64,000 nucleotides of DNA, from NCBI GenBank assembly GCA_963667465.2, contig CAXXDN010000001.1, positions 384,001 to 448,000 on the forward strand, in the 5' to 3' direction. Position numbers and translations under genes: made by a program. The DNA is from Dehalococcoidia bacterium. Its GTDB lineage: Bacteria; Chloroflexota; Dehalococcoidia; UBA2979. Each line of letters starts with the position of its first letter. Within the stretch, counting starts at the first letter, position 1. Under the pieces are notes generated by a model, which was given only the letters and a program-made list of their open reading frames with translations, was not told the DNA's origin and did not search any database. Below are positions 1-12,029 of the stretch, in pieces.

Positions 1-621
1 CACGAACTCGAAGGCCGGCTTGCCCGGCAGGTAGGAGATGTTGGTCAACAGCGCGAACCCGCCCGGCAGCAGCGCCAGCCAGGGGTTGCGCCAGCGGAAC
101 ACTGCCCAGGACGCGAGGTATGGGACGAGCCAGACGGCGAAGACCAGCAGCAAGACGAACGGCAGCGGGTCCGTGGAGACGCCGCCCGTGACGAGCGCGC
201 CCAGCCAGTCACCCATCCGGCCCCACAAATCGCCCCAGCGCGTCGCGATCCCGAACCCCGGCGCAAACGGGTCGGAGAGCTCCATCGTGTGCATCACCAT
301 CGCCGTCGACGTCACGACGCCGAGGGCGACGCCACCGAGGAATGCTGTCCACGGCCGCGTCCCCAGCAGCGCCAGCAGGGCGCCGGCCACAAGTCCGATC
401 GCCGCCGCCACCGGCAGCGCCGGCATCTCGTCGACCCAGTTCGCGCGAGCAATCGAGAAGGCCACGGAGAACTGGGCGATCGCGAGCAGCGCGAAACTGA
501 TCCAGTCTTCCCAGAAGCGCCAGGCGGTCACGCTGCGCGGATCGGCTTCGGCCAGCAGATCGCGCAAGGCGCGGGAACTGAACCCCGCCTGCGCTGGAGT
601 GCTGTCGGAGCGCGCGCTCAT
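1..621 (-). CDS. Membrane protein, N-terminal part of probable transglutaminase-domain protein (runs off window)
   Basis: Not in ORF track; ATG at 621 overlaps DUF58 stop (ATGA); open to position 1, multi-TM translation MSARSDSTPA...WEDWISFALLAIAQFSVAFSIARANWVDEMP...; usual third gene of MoxR-DUF58 operons. Confidence 0.75.
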   Translation of the reverse strand, partial: MSARSDSTPAQAGFSSRALRDLLAEADPRSVTAWRFWEDWISFALLAIAQFSVAFSIARANWVDEMPALPVAAAIGLVAGALLALLGTRPWTAFLGGVALGVVTSTAMVMHTMELSDPFAPGFGIATRWGDLWGRMGDWLGALVTGGVSTDPLPFVLLLVFAVWLVPYLASWAVFRWRNPWLALLPGGFALLTNISYLPGKPAFEFV

Positions 622-1874
622 GCGTACACGTCGCCTCGATCGCCGACGCCAACGGACGAGAGCACCTGCACGAGGTCGTCCTGGCGCTTCACGGTGTAGC
701 TGTAGACGCCGCTCGAGGCGAGCGTGCCGTAGACGTCGAGCGAGCTGGTCGTCGCGCCGAAGGTCTCACCCTCCAGCAGCACCGCCGCGACTTTCACCCC
801 GCGCGCGGAGAGCGACATGAGCGCCAGCGCCCAGTCGTCGCGCGGCGAGGGCGTGACGGCGATCACGGTGGTGTGGCGCCCGAACTTGCGGGACTCCTCG
901 AGCAGCAGCTGCGCGAGCGAGACCTCACCCACAGCGCGGGCCAGCGCCAGCAGCTCCAGCAGGCGCGTGTAGTGGTTGCCGCCGCGGCTCGGATCGTTGA
1001 CGCGCAGGTCGTCGTCGTAGGCGATCATGCCAACGGAGCGGTTCTGGGTGATGAAGTAGCGCGCGATCGAGGCGGCGACCATCACGGCCGCCTCCTCGGT
1101 GCCGTCGTCGCCCTCGCCGGTGTGGACCGCCTCCTCGAGGTCAAGCAGGACCCAGATGTCGGAGGCGGGATCAAGCTCGAAGAGTTTCACCATCAGGTTG
1201 CCGGTGCGCGCGGTGGCCGGCCAGTGCACGCGGCTGAGCGAATCGCCGGCCTCGTAGGCGCGCAGGCCGGCGACATTGGGCGTGACGTTGTGCGTGCGCC
1301 TGCGGAAGCGCCCGTCTCCCGGCAGGTTCGCCGGCGGCACGTGCAGCCTCGGCAGCTCGGGAGCGCTCGGGTAGACGAGCACTTCCGAGCGCTCGCCGAA
1401 GGTGCGCGACATGCGGAAGAAGCCGAACGGGTCCGTCGCCGTCACCGTCACCGGGCCCAGCTCGTAGAGCCCGCGCCGCCGCGCGGCCGTCTCGTAGCGC
1501 CAGATGTCGACCCCGCGACGGCCGAGCGTGAGCACCCGGTTCGTTACATGGTCCGGGAGTGTCGAGTGGTCATGGACCTCGAGCCAGACCTTGGGCAGCC
1601 AGGAGCGGGAGCGCACAATCACGCGCCCGTGCAGGGCCCGCCCCCGCGAGACGCGCTGGTCGCGGCGTCGCACCTCCACCTCGATGCCGCGAATCATCGA
1701 GCGGTTCCAGAAGTAGAGCAGCGGGATCGCGATCGCGATCAGGTAGGCGAAGCGGAACAGCAGCCAGAACCCGGTCGCGCTGGCGACGGCGAGGGTGAAG
1801 AGCGCGACGGCAATCGCCGCCGCCACGTTGGGCCGGCGCGCGGCGAGGCTTGCGGCCCGCCACAGCGCGCTCAT
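618..1874 (-). CDS. DUF58 domain protein
   Basis: RRGLYELGP..DPFGFF, LRAYEAGDSLSRVHWPATARTGNLMVKLFE motifs; downstream of MoxR. Confidence 0.9.
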   Translation of the reverse strand: MSALWRAASLAARRPNVAAAIAVALFTLAVASATGFWLLFRFAYLIAIAIPLLYFWNRSMIRGIEVEVRRRDQRVSRGRALHGRVIVRSRSWLPKVWLEVHDHSTLPDHVTNRVLTLGRRGVDIWRYETAARRRGLYELGPVTVTATDPFGFFRMSRTFGERSEVLVYPSAPELPRLHVPPANLPGDGRFRRRTHNVTPNVAGLRAYEAGDSLSRVHWPATARTGNLMVKLFELDPASDIWVLLDLEEAVHTGEGDDGTEEAAVMVAASIARYFITQNRSVGMIAYDDDLRVNDPSRGGNHYTRLLELLALARAVGEVSLAQLLLEESRKFGRHTTVIAVTPSPRDDWALALMSLSARGVKVAAVLLEGETFGATTSSLDVYGTLASSGVYSYTVKRQDDLVQVLSSVGVGDRGDVYA

Positions 1875-1877
1875 GGC

Positions 1878-2834
1878 TCAGGCGCCGCCGCGCGCCCGCG
1901 CACCCGGCACCGGCGTGCGCTCGATGCACTCGTCGACAATCTGCGCGCTCTCGATGTTCCGCACGCGCGCGGCCGGGCTCACGATCACGCGGTGCCCCAG
2001 CGTCGGGTAGGCCAGCCGCTTGATGTCGTCGGGCTGCACGAAGTCGCGCCCGTCGAGCATGGCGTAGGCCTGCGCGGCCCGCATCAGCGCCAGCGACCCG
2101 CGCGGCGAGGCGCCCAGGTAGACGCTCTCGTGCTCCCGCGTCGCGTTCACCATCGTCACGATGTACTGCTTGATCAGCGGGTCGATGTAGATCCCGCGCG
2201 TGGCCTGCTGCAACTCGATCACCTCCTCGGCGGAAGTGACCTGGTCGAGCGATTCGATCGGGTGCTGTTCTTGCTGCGCGTCCATCACCAGCACCTCGTC
2301 GGTGGGGTTCGGATAGCCGAGGCGGACGCGCAGCAGGAAGCGGTCGAGCTGCGCCTCGGGCAGCGGGAACGTGCCCTCGTATTCGATCGGGTTCTGCGTC
2401 GCGAGGACCATGAAGGGCTCGGGCAGCTTGCGCGTCACGCCGTCGACGGTGGCCTGGCGCTCCTCCATCGCCTCCAGCAGCGCGGACTGGGTCTTCGGCG
2501 TGGCGCGGTTGATCTCGTCTGTGAGCACGATCTGCGACATCACCGGGCCGGGCCGGAATTCGAACTCGCTACTCGCCTGGTTGTACACGGCGACGCCCGT
2601 CACGTCCGAGGGCAGCAAATCCGGCGTGAACTGGATGCGCTGGAAGCTGCACCCCGTCGAGCGCGCGAGCGCCCTCGCCAGCATCGTCTTGCCAACACCG
2701 GGGACGTCCTCGAGCAGCAGGTGCCCCCGGCAGAGCAGTGTGACGAGCGCGAGGCGCCCCTCCTCTGCCTTGCCGATGATCACGCGTTCGATGTTTTCGA
2801 GGATGCGCTCGGAGACTTGGCGTGGATCTTCCAC
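1878..2834 (-). CDS. moxR: MoxR family AAA+ ATPase
   Basis: [44 protein letters not shown]; GTG start at 2834 after GGGAGGG. Confidence 0.95.
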   Translation of the reverse strand: MEDPRQVSERILENIERVIIGKAEEGRLALVTLLCRGHLLLEDVPGVGKTMLARALARSTGCSFQRIQFTPDLLPSDVTGVAVYNQASSEFEFRPGPVMSQIVLTDEINRATPKTQSALLEAMEERQATVDGVTRKLPEPFMVLATQNPIEYEGTFPLPEAQLDRFLLRVRLGYPNPTDEVLVMDAQQEQHPIESLDQVTSAEEVIELQQATRGIYIDPLIKQYIVTMVNATREHESVYLGASPRGSLALMRAAQAYAMLDGRDFVQPDDIKRLAYPTLGHRVIVSPAARVRNIESAQIVDECIERTPVPGARARGGA

Positions 2835-3019
2835 GTCGGCCCTCCCAACCCTTCGCGGCCGGGCCTCCGTGCACCGCCAGGCGCGGTGACACAGGTGAGG
2901 CGGACGCAACGCGCGCCAGTATAGCAGCGCGCTCCGCGACGCTCTCCCCGCGCGTCGTGGCGTGCAACCCTTAATCGCGTCCTGCGGATAGGATGTAGGG
3001 ACTCCCGGCGAGGAGGCGC

Positions 3020-4333
3020 GTGGCCGAAGACCAGACCCCTCCGCCTCGGCGCTCCGCGCGCCATGTCAGCGCCGCGAGCCTCCTGACCGCGGTGGTCGTG
3101 ATGCTGCTCGTCGCCGCGGCCACCACCGCACTGGTCCGTACCCTCAACGAGGAGCCTGCGGAACCGCCGGCGGTCAGGATCACTCCGCTCACCCGCACGG
3201 CCACCCCCGCCCCAACTCCGGCGCCATCGCCAACCCCGACGGCGCCGCCCACTCCGGCCTCGACGCCGTCGCCCACACCCACACCCACACCCACAACGTC
3301 ACCATCACCGACGGCTACGCCTTCACCAACGGCTACGCCTTCACCAACACCGTCACCGACGCCGACTGCCACGCCCACGCCCACACCGACCCCAACGCCC
3401 TCCCCCACTCCCACTCCCACTCCCACTCCCACTCCTACTCCTGCGCCGACCCCAACACCCACGCCCACTCCAACCCCGACCCCGACACCCACCCCCATCC
3501 CCGGCGAGGTTGCGACGACTCCCGAGGTCGAAACGGGCCACACCCTGGTCGTGCAGGCCTCCGCCGCCGGTTCCGTCCTGGCGCGGATCGAGTTCCGAGG
3601 CGCCTCGTACTCGCTGGTGCCTGCCGGTGATGGCTTCTGGGGCGTCTTCGCGATCCCGGTGGACGCCGAACCCGGCGAGGAGTCCGTGCGCGTCACCTTC
3701 CACGACGCCAACCGCACACAGATCAGCGAGGCCGACGCGACCTACGTCGTGGTCGCGGTCGAGCGGGAAGTGGAGGGCATCACGCTGCCGCCCGACGCAG
3801 CGGCGCTGCTGAACGAGGCTGACGCGCGGCGCGAGGCCGAGCTGCGCGCCGAGCAATTCGCGCGATCCGACCCCGATCCAGCGTGGGCGGAGCCGTTCCT
3901 GGTCCCCGTGCCCGGCGCACCGATTACCGCACCGTTCGGGACGGGCCGCTCCTACAACGGCGGCCCCGTGACCAGCTTCCACAGCGGTCTCGACTACGGC
4001 GGGAACGAGGGCGACCCGGTGCTGGCCGCCGCGCCCGGCCGCGTCAGCTGGACCGGCGTGATGCCGCTCCGCGGCAACAGCGTGATCATCGACCACGGCG
4101 CGGGCGTGAAGAGCGGCTACCACCACCTCTCAGCTATCGGCGTCGCCGTCGATGACGTCGTGGCTGTGGGCGACCAGATCGGGGCGCTCGGCTCGACCGG
4201 CGTCGCGACCGGTCCGCACCTGCACTGGGAGATCAGCGTTCACGGCGTGAACGTCGATCCGCTCGCCTGGCTCTTCAGCTCGTTCCTGGCGAGCGGGGGC
4301 TTTAGCCCTCCAACGCAGACAGAGTCTGAGTAA
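3020..4333 (+). CDS. Membrane-anchored M23 metallopeptidase with Pro/Thr-rich linker
   Basis: N-terminal TM, long PT repeat, HSGLD and GPHLHWE M23 motifs. Confidence 0.9.
   Translation: MAEDQTPPPRRSARHVSAASLLTAVVVMLLVAAATTALVRTLNEEPAEPPAVRITPLTRTATPAPTPAPSPTPTAPPTPASTPSPTPTPTPTTSPSPTATPSPTATPSPTPSPTPTATPTPTPTPTPSPTPTPTPTPTPTPAPTPTPTPTPTPTPTPTPIPGEVATTPEVETGHTLVVQASAAGSVLARIEFRGASYSLVPAGDGFWGVFAIPVDAEPGEESVRVTFHDANRTQISEADATYVVVAVEREVEGITLPPDAAALLNEADARREAELRAEQFARSDPDPAWAEPFLVPVPGAPITAPFGTGRSYNGGPVTSFHSGLDYGGNEGDPVLAAAPGRVSWTGVMPLRGNSVIIDHGAGVKSGYHHLSAIGVAVDDVVAVGDQIGALGSTGVATGPHLHWEISVHGVNVDPLAWLFSSFLASGGFSPPTQTESE
3200..3500 (+). repeat. Coding (Pro-Thr)n low-complexity repeat
   Basis: cccact/acgccc/acaccc hexamer runs encoding TPTPTP in the M23 gene. 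Confidence 0.85.
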
Positions 4334-5000
4334 GAGTGACGATCGCCGCCGTCTCCACGCGTAGCCTGCGAGGTCCAAGACTCACCGCCAGCGCGCCCTC
4401 CCCGATCAGGCGCTCGCGCTCCTCGGGCGTCCAGCCGCCCTCCGGGCCGATGTAGATCGCCACGGCGATCGGCGCAGCCGAGACGCCGGCGAGCGCTTCG
4501 GCGACGGTCCGCGCCGCGCCGGGGTCGGCGATCAGCCTCAGCGCCCCGGCGGGAGGCTCCTCGCCGAACGCGGGCAGCGAGGCGCGTCCGCACTGCTCGG
4601 CCGCCTCGCTGGCGATGCGCCGCCAGCGCTCGACGCGCCCCTCGCCCGGCTGCATCACCGCGCGGTCGCTGGCCAGCGGCGTGATCGCGGCGACACCGAG
4701 CTCCGTCGCCTTCTCCACGATCCAGTCGCCGCGCTGCCCTCGAGGGAAAGCGCAGAGCAGCGTGACCGCGACCGGCGGCTCGGGCAGCGCCTCGAGCGGC
4801 TGACCGATCGCCAACCTGACTCCCTCCGCCGCGACGGCGGCGACGGTCGCTTCCCACTCTCCGCCCCTGCCGTCGAAGACAGCGAGGCCGTCGCCCGGCC
4901 GCAGCCGCAACACGCTGCGCAGCCGATGCGACTGCGCGTCATCGAGGCGCACCTCGCCGCCGGGCTCGAGCCGCGCGCCCGACACGTAGAGCCGCCTCAC
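4302..5000 (-). CDS. rsmE: 16S rRNA m3U1498 methyltransferase
   Basis: [43 protein letters not shown]; GTG at 5000 overlaps prmA stop. Confidence 0.93.
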   Translation of the reverse strand: MRRLYVSGARLEPGGEVRLDDAQSHRLRSVLRLRPGDGLAVFDGRGGEWEATVAAVAAEGVRLAIGQPLEALPEPPVAVTLLCAFPRGQRGDWIVEKATELGVAAITPLASDRAVMQPGEGRVERWRRIASEAAEQCGRASLPAFGEEPPAGALRLIADPGAARTVAEALAGVSAAPIAVAIYIGPEGGWTPEERERLIGEGALAVSLGPRRLRVETAAIVTLTQTLSALEG

Positions 5001-5941
5001 GGGCTCACCTTCCCCGCGCCCACGGCGCACCACTCCTCGTCCGGCTCGACCGTCACATCCTCGAGGCCCGCGCCGCGCGCGGCCGCCATCACCTCGGAGA
5101 CCCGATCGGCCATGAAACCACTGAGGACGACCCGCCCGCCCGGACGCAGGGCACGCGCCATCGCCGGCAGCAGCTCGCACACCACGCCCGAGGAGACATT
5201 CGCCGCCACGAAGTCGTACTCGTCCAGCGCGCCGCGCTGCGTCTCGAGCGAGCCTCGCGCGACCCGCACGCTGCCCCCGAGGCCGTTACGCCGCACATTC
5301 GCGCGCGCCGCTTCCACCGCGTCCGGATCGGTGTCGAGCGCGTCGACGCGCGAGGCGCCGAGGCGGGCCGCCGCAAGCGCGAGCACGCCGGACCCCGTCC
5401 CGAGGTCGAGCACCACGGCGCCGGGCGCGCACTCGCGCTCGATCGCCGCCAGGCAGAGCCGGGTCGTCGGGTGCTGGCCTGTGCCGAACGCCTGCCCGGG
5501 ATCGAGGCTGATCGCCAGCGCCTCGCCGTCCGGCGCGGGCTCCCAGGACGGGTGCACCAGCAACCGCCCGATGCGCAGCGTCGTGAAATGCTCGCGCCAG
5601 AGCTCGGACCAGTCGAGGTCCTCGACCGCGCGATAGCGCAGCCGGGGCAGCGGGCCGCGCAACGGCAGCGCGCTCAGCCTCCGCCGCAGCACGCGGCGCT
5701 CGCGGGGCGTCAGCGGGCCGGGCAGGAACGCGCGCACTGTGGCGTCGGACGGCTCGACCGTGTAGGCGAAGTCGTGTTCGTCCGAGGTCTGGATGCGCGG
5801 CTCGAGGGCGACCGCGCCCCCGGTCAGCGCGCCGAGCGCGTCCACGACCAGCTCGGCGTCGGAGAGCGGCAGCCGAACCGTCAGCTCGACCCAGGCAGCG
5901 GAGCCGCCGGGAGCAGCGCGTGCGTTCGCGCCCACCGTCAT
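4997..5941 (-). CDS. prmA: Ribosomal protein L11 methyltransferase
   Basis: LDPGQAFGTGQHPTTRLCL, VLDLGTGSGVLA; follows dnaJ. Confidence 0.93.
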   Translation of the reverse strand: MTVGANARAAPGGSAAWVELTVRLPLSDAELVVDALGALTGGAVALEPRIQTSDEHDFAYTVEPSDATVRAFLPGPLTPRERRVLRRRLSALPLRGPLPRLRYRAVEDLDWSELWREHFTTLRIGRLLVHPSWEPAPDGEALAISLDPGQAFGTGQHPTTRLCLAAIERECAPGAVVLDLGTGSGVLALAAARLGASRVDALDTDPDAVEAARANVRRNGLGGSVRVARGSLETQRGALDEYDFVAANVSSGVVCELLPAMARALRPGGRVVLSGFMADRVSEVMAAARGAGLEDVTVEPDEEWCAVGAGKVSP

Positions 5942-5945
5942 GGGG

Positions 5946-7064
5946 CTAGGAGAAGGCCTCCCGGATCCGGCCGAACAACCCGCGATCGTCGGCCGGCAAC
6001 GAGGGCGTCCCGAGCGAGTCGGCGAGCTGTTCCAGCAGCTCGCGCTGCTCCTCGGTGAGCTTCGTGGGCGTCACCACATGCGTGCGCACCAGCAGGTCGC
6101 CGCGTCCGGCGGCCTGGAGGTGGGGAACGCCGCGCCCGCGGACGCTGAAGATGTGGCCGGGCTGAGTGCCGCCAGGCACGTCGATCGTGACCGGATCGCC
6201 CTCGAGCGTCGGCACCTCGATCTCGGCGCCGAGCGCGGCCTGCGCGGGGTTCAGCGGCAGCTCGTAGACGAGGTGGTCGCCGCGGCGAGCGAAGTGATCG
6301 TGACCCTCGATATCGAGGTCCAGGTAGAGGTGACCGGGCGGGCCGCCGCGAAGGCCGGCGTCACCCTCGCCGCTGAGGCGGATCTGGTGCTCCTCGTCGA
6401 CTCCTGCGGGGATGTTCACGGAGCGCGTCACGGTGTCGGCGCGGAAACCACGGCCTCCGCAGCCCGTGCAGGGGTCGGTCACCACCTCGCCGTCGCCGCC
6501 GCAGCGGTTGCACAGCGCCGAGTTGACGAAGCGCCCGAACAGCGACTCCTGGACGCGCCGGATCTCGCCCTGGCCGTTGCACTCCGTGCACGTCGAGGGC
6601 CGGCTCCCGTTCGCCGAGCCGCCGCCCCCGCAATCCTCGCAGCGGCCGACGCGCTGGAACTGGATCTCGCGCTCCGCGCCGAAGACCGCCTCCTCGAAGG
6701 CGACGGCTATCGAGGCGCGGCGGTCGGCGCCGCGCTGCGGGCCGGGCCGGCGCGATCCGGTGCCGCGGAAGAAGGCATCGAAGATGTCGCCGAAGCCGCC
6801 GAAGCCCTCGAAGCCGGAGAAGCCGTGCTGTCCGCCTCCGTTGAGCCCGGCCATGCCGAAGCGGTCGTAGGTGCGGCGCTTCTCCGGATCGGAGAGCACC
6901 TCGTAGGCGGCGTTGACCTGCTTGAAGCGATCCTCAGCGCCCTCGCTCTTGTTGCGATCGGGGTGGGAGTCCATCGCAGCCTTGCGGAAGGCGCGCTTGA
7001 TCTCCTCCTGTGAGGCGTCGCGCTGGACCCCGAGGGTCGCGTAGAGGTCGACTTCCGTGGCCAT
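5946..7064 (-). CDS. dnaJ: Chaperone DnaJ
   Basis: J domain HPD, G/F region, four CxxCxGxG motifs. Confidence 0.97.
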   Translation of the reverse strand: MATEVDLYATLGVQRDASQEEIKRAFRKAAMDSHPDRNKSEGAEDRFKQVNAAYEVLSDPEKRRTYDRFGMAGLNGGGQHGFSGFEGFGGFGDIFDAFFRGTGSRRPGPQRGADRRASIAVAFEEAVFGAEREIQFQRVGRCEDCGGGGSANGSRPSTCTECNGQGEIRRVQESLFGRFVNSALCNRCGGDGEVVTDPCTGCGGRGFRADTVTRSVNIPAGVDEEHQIRLSGEGDAGLRGGPPGHLYLDLDIEGHDHFARRGDHLVYELPLNPAQAALGAEIEVPTLEGDPVTIDVPGGTQPGHIFSVRGRGVPHLQAAGRGDLLVRTHVVTPTKLTEEQRELLEQLADSLGTPSLPADDRGLFGRIREAFS

Positions 7065-7067
7065 CAA

Positions 7068-7108
7068 CCGCTCAGTCTACCGAAGAGTCGGGTAGAGCGC
7101 GTGAGCGG
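7068..7108 (-). promoter_or_regulatory. Hairpin between Fic and dnaJ containing a -10-like TAGACT (possible near-leaderless dnaJ promoter)
   Basis: ccgctca/tgagcgg outer stem and tctaccga/tcgggtaga inner stem; TAGACT on minus strand at 7074-7079, 9 nt before the ATG. Confidence 0.4.
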
Positions 7109-7127
7109 CGGCGGTCGAGCGCCGTGA

Positions 7128-8126
7128 TCACAGCGCACCCCGCACGTAGCGGGTCGCGAGGTACTCCTCGACCCAGTTGGTGGTGCTGCGCCACTGGCCG
7201 TCGGCGCCACGCGTTGCCTGCAGTCGCCCACGGATCGCGGCCGTCCGCAGCGCCGAGTGCGAGATCCGCTCACTTGCCAGCGCAGCGAGCGGCACAAGCC
7301 GGCCGGGCCCCGCCACCGCCGGAATGACGAACTTGTAGAGGTTGTCGAGGATCGCCCGCGCAAGCAGTTCGCCGAGCGGACCGATGTCTCCTCGGTCGGC
7401 CTTTCGCAGCGCGGCCAGATATGTGCTGCGCTGGTTCTTGTAGATGATCGCCGGCGGATAGCCGAGCCGGACGAGCAGCAGGTTGAGGACCAGGCGTCCC
7501 GCCCTTCCATTGCCATCAAGGAAGGGGTGAATCTGCTCGAACCGGCAGTGCAGCACAGCGACAGTCTCCGGGAAGTGAGCGGCGCCAGGCTCCAGGCGGT
7601 TCACGTCGGCGATCCAGTCAGCCATCAACGCCGGCACATCGGTCCATGCGGGGGGTGTCATGCCCTCCGGGAACGGCTGGATCTCGTGTCGCCGGTACGC
7701 CCCCGGCCGCTCTGCCGAATCGGCGACCGGATGAGGCGCGACATCCCAGACGGGTTCCAGCGCAACCTCATGGATGCGTCTGACCTCGGTCAGCGAGATC
7801 CACTCGCCGCCGGACCACTCGCCCGGCTCGATCGCCTGGCCGTAGACCCAGTCGGCGGCGTTCGCGTAGCCGCGCACTTCCATGTACTCCGCAAGCTGCT
7901 TGTCGCCGACAGCGCGGCCTTCCGCAAGCAGGGCCTCGACCTGCTTCAGGACAAGCGTATTGCCCTCGATCGCGGTGGAGTGGTGAGCCTCCTCGAACCA
8001 GATGCCGCGCCAGATGTCAGCCGCTTCCAGGCGATTGGGGAGTCCCCCCATGCGCGTCCACAGTTCGCTGATCTGCGTCTCGAGCCGGGCGTAGATGGCA
8101 GCGCGAGGCGGACGTCCGCGCCGCAC
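7128..8126 (-). CDS. Fic family AMP-transferase (class II, internal inhibitory motif) with C-terminal excisionase-like HTH
   Basis: HPFLDGNGRAGR catalytic motif; HHSTAIEGNTL inhibitory helix; C-terminal ALRTAAIRGRLQATRGADGQWRS; start GTG 8126 (alternative ATG 8165). Confidence 0.92.
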   Translation of the reverse strand: MRRGRPPRAAIYARLETQISELWTRMGGLPNRLEAADIWRGIWFEEAHHSTAIEGNTLVLKQVEALLAEGRAVGDKQLAEYMEVRGYANAADWVYGQAIEPGEWSGGEWISLTEVRRIHEVALEPVWDVAPHPVADSAERPGAYRRHEIQPFPEGMTPPAWTDVPALMADWIADVNRLEPGAAHFPETVAVLHCRFEQIHPFLDGNGRAGRLVLNLLLVRLGYPPAIIYKNQRSTYLAALRKADRGDIGPLGELLARAILDNLYKFVIPAVAGPGRLVPLAALASERISHSALRTAAIRGRLQATRGADGQWRSTTNWVEEYLATRYVRGAL

Positions 8127-8171
8127 CGCCCGGCCCCCCTGAAGTTGATCAGGTTCACGCCGCATAAATTG

Positions 8172-8290
8172 AACCGTACACTTTCACCAGAGAAGTGTAC
8201 GTCAGAGCCCTTGAAAAAGAAACCGCGCACTTTCACCGTGGCAGTGAAAGTGCGCGTTACGTCCACTCAGAATTGTGCCGCACACTTTCG
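8172..8290. repeat. Array of related direct/inverted repeats (CACTTTC core) upstream of Fic
   Basis: aaccgtacactttcacc (8172-8188), aaccgcgcactttcacc (8221-8237), ccgcacactttc (8278-8289); inverted repeats 8175-8201 (9 bp) and 8224-8256 (perfect 13 bp). Confidence 0.85.
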
Positions 8291-8307
8291 TGCGCGACTG
8301 CGCGTCT

Positions 8308-10212
<1,905 letters not shown>

Positions 10213-10282
10213 CTCGTACCCCTTGTCGCGTTCCCCGTCGGTCGTGGTTCAGGCCGGGAGCACCGCCCCCGGTTCGTCGCTC

Positions 10283-10867
10283 CTACTCTGCGGCCCGTCC
10301 GCCCTCGGCGGACCCGGCCTCGCCGCTGCCGACCACCACCTGGGCCGGTCGCAGCACGTAGTTCTCGATGCGGTAGCCCTCGCGCACGAGGGCGACGATT
10401 TGCCCCTCTGGACCCGGGGCGGACGAGACCGCCTCGTGGACCGCCGGGTCGAACGCGTCACCTTCTCCACCGATCTCCTCGACGCCGGCGCCGGCCAGCA
10501 TCTCCTTGAACTTGCGCTCCACCAGCCGGATGCCCTCGATCCACTGGTCCCCGGCGAGCGCACCATCGACCGAGAGCAGGGCGCGGCTCAGGTCGTCGAG
10601 CGGCGGCAGGCAGCGAGCCATCGTCTGGGCAAGCTGCGCCCGCGCGCGTTCCGTCCAGCGTTCCTCCGTGCGGCGCCGGTAGTTCTGTAGATCGGCAACG
10701 GCCCGCGCGTGGCGGTCCGTCAGTTCCGCGACTTCCGCCTCGAGGGCCGCGATGCGCTCGGCGTCGCTCAACGCCTCGTCGGCAGCGGCCTCCTCGGCCG
10801 GCACTGCTGTTTCCCCGGCGTTGTCTCCTTCAAGAGGCACGTTGTCTTGCTCCTGGTTGTGCGTCAT
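10283..10867 (-). CDS. grpE: Nucleotide exchange factor GrpE
   Basis: ADLQNYRRR, FDPAVHEAV, GYRIENYVLRPAQVVV; ATG 10867 after AGGA (alternative 10906). Confidence 0.95.
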   Translation of the reverse strand: MTHNQEQDNVPLEGDNAGETAVPAEEAAADEALSDAERIAALEAEVAELTDRHARAVADLQNYRRRTEERWTERARAQLAQTMARCLPPLDDLSRALLSVDGALAGDQWIEGIRLVERKFKEMLAGAGVEEIGGEGDAFDPAVHEAVSSAPGPEGQIVALVREGYRIENYVLRPAQVVVGSGEAGSAEGGRAAE

Positions 10868-10898
10868 TGAGTCCTGCGGGCGTCCGCTGGCCCGGGCG

Positions 10899-11912
10899 TC
10901 AGCCATCCAGCTCGTGTAGCAGTTCGGTCATCAGCCGGGCGAAGTAACGAACGCGCGGGATCGTGTGCCCGTAGTGCATCCGCGTCGGGCCCAGCACCGC
11001 GACGGAGCCGAGCGCCCCGCCGGGCTCACCGAAGGCCGCGATGACCATCGTCCAGTCGTGGAGCCAGCTCCGCTCGTTCTCGTCGCCAATCAACACGCGC
11101 GCGCCGGGGTCCGGGTGTTGCGGCGGCCGCAGCGCACCACGCAGCTCGTACGCTTCGAGGTGCTCAACCGCGTCGAGCATGCGATCGGTGGTGGAGAACT
11201 CCGGCTGCGCCAGTGCCGCCCGGATGCCTTCGATGAAGAGCTGCGACGCGCTCGCGCCTTCCGCCACGAGGTCGGCGATCTCAAGCGTGAGCCGGCGATC
11301 GTCGTCATCATCGAACTGCGGCGCGATCGTGCGGATCCGCTCGGAGTCCGAGAGCGAGAGCCGATCGTTGAGGCGCGAGGCGCGGGTGAGCAGCTCCGGC
11401 TGACCCTCGTCCTCCGGCACGGCGACGATCCGTTCCTGGATGCTCCCGTCGTCCAGCACCCCCACCAGCAAAGCGGCTCCGGGCCGCAAGTGCACCAGCT
11501 GCGCCTGCCGCAGGTGCGTGACCGGGCGCTGCGGCCGCGCCACGACGGCAACATTGCCGACCGCCCCTGCGAGGACCGAAGCCGCCAGTTGCAGCCACTC
11601 ATCGAGGTCCGGGGGCGCCTGGTAGAACTGGTGCTCGATCGTCCGGCGCTCGTCGGCGCCGATCGGCTCCTCGGCCATCAACTCCTCGACGTAGAAGCGG
11701 TAGCCCGTGTTGGAGGGGATGCGGCCGGCCGACGTGTAGGGGTGTGTGATGTACCCCTCCTGCTCGAGCGCGGCCAGCTCGTTGCGCACGGTCGCGGTGG
11801 AGACGTCAAGGTTGTGGCGGTCGACCAGCGCGCGCGAACTCACCGGCGCAGCCGTGCCGATATACTCGTCTACGACGAGATTGAGGATGTCCGCCCGGCG
11901 CTGAGTGAGCAC
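10899..11912 (-). CDS. hrcA: Heat-inducible transcription repressor HrcA
   Basis: STATVRNELAALE, HPYTSAGRIPS..GYRFYV, VLGPTRMHY. Confidence 0.96.
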   Translation of the reverse strand: MLTQRRADILNLVVDEYIGTAAPVSSRALVDRHNLDVSTATVRNELAALEQEGYITHPYTSAGRIPSNTGYRFYVEELMAEEPIGADERRTIEHQFYQAPPDLDEWLQLAASVLAGAVGNVAVVARPQRPVTHLRQAQLVHLRPGAALLVGVLDDGSIQERIVAVPEDEGQPELLTRASRLNDRLSLSDSERIRTIAPQFDDDDDRRLTLEIADLVAEGASASQLFIEGIRAALAQPEFSTTDRMLDAVEHLEAYELRGALRPPQHPDPGARVLIGDENERSWLHDWTMVIAAFGEPGGALGSVAVLGPTRMHYGHTIPRVRYFARLMTELLHELDG

Positions 11913-11940
11913 GGGCCCTCCATCCCGACTACCCCGCAGA

Positions 11941-11967
11941 TTAGCACTCTCATGGGGAGAGTGCTAA
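11941..11967. promoter_or_regulatory. CIRCE element (HrcA operator)
   Basis: Perfect TTAGCACTC-N9-GAGTGCTAA upstream of hrcA. Confidence 0.97.
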
Positions 11968-11975
11968 CACACTGG

Positions 11976-12005
11976 ATTCTAGCGGCCAGACGCCCGGCTG
12001 GTCAA
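11976..12005 (-). promoter_or_regulatory. Sigma70-type promoter of hrcA operon
   Basis: TTGACC-18 nt-TAGAAT on minus strand just upstream of CIRCE. Confidence 0.75.
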
Positions 12006-12029
12006 CGCTCGCACGGGCCCGGAGAGCGC

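Noticed and set aside
3200-3500. ACTCCC-type microsatellite as a phase-variation tract
   Set aside because: In-frame, codon-degenerate Pro-Thr linker of the M23 protein
8172-8290. Possible mini-CRISPR or IS end
   Set aside because: Only 2-3 short imperfect units; no cas or transposase gene and no target duplication seen
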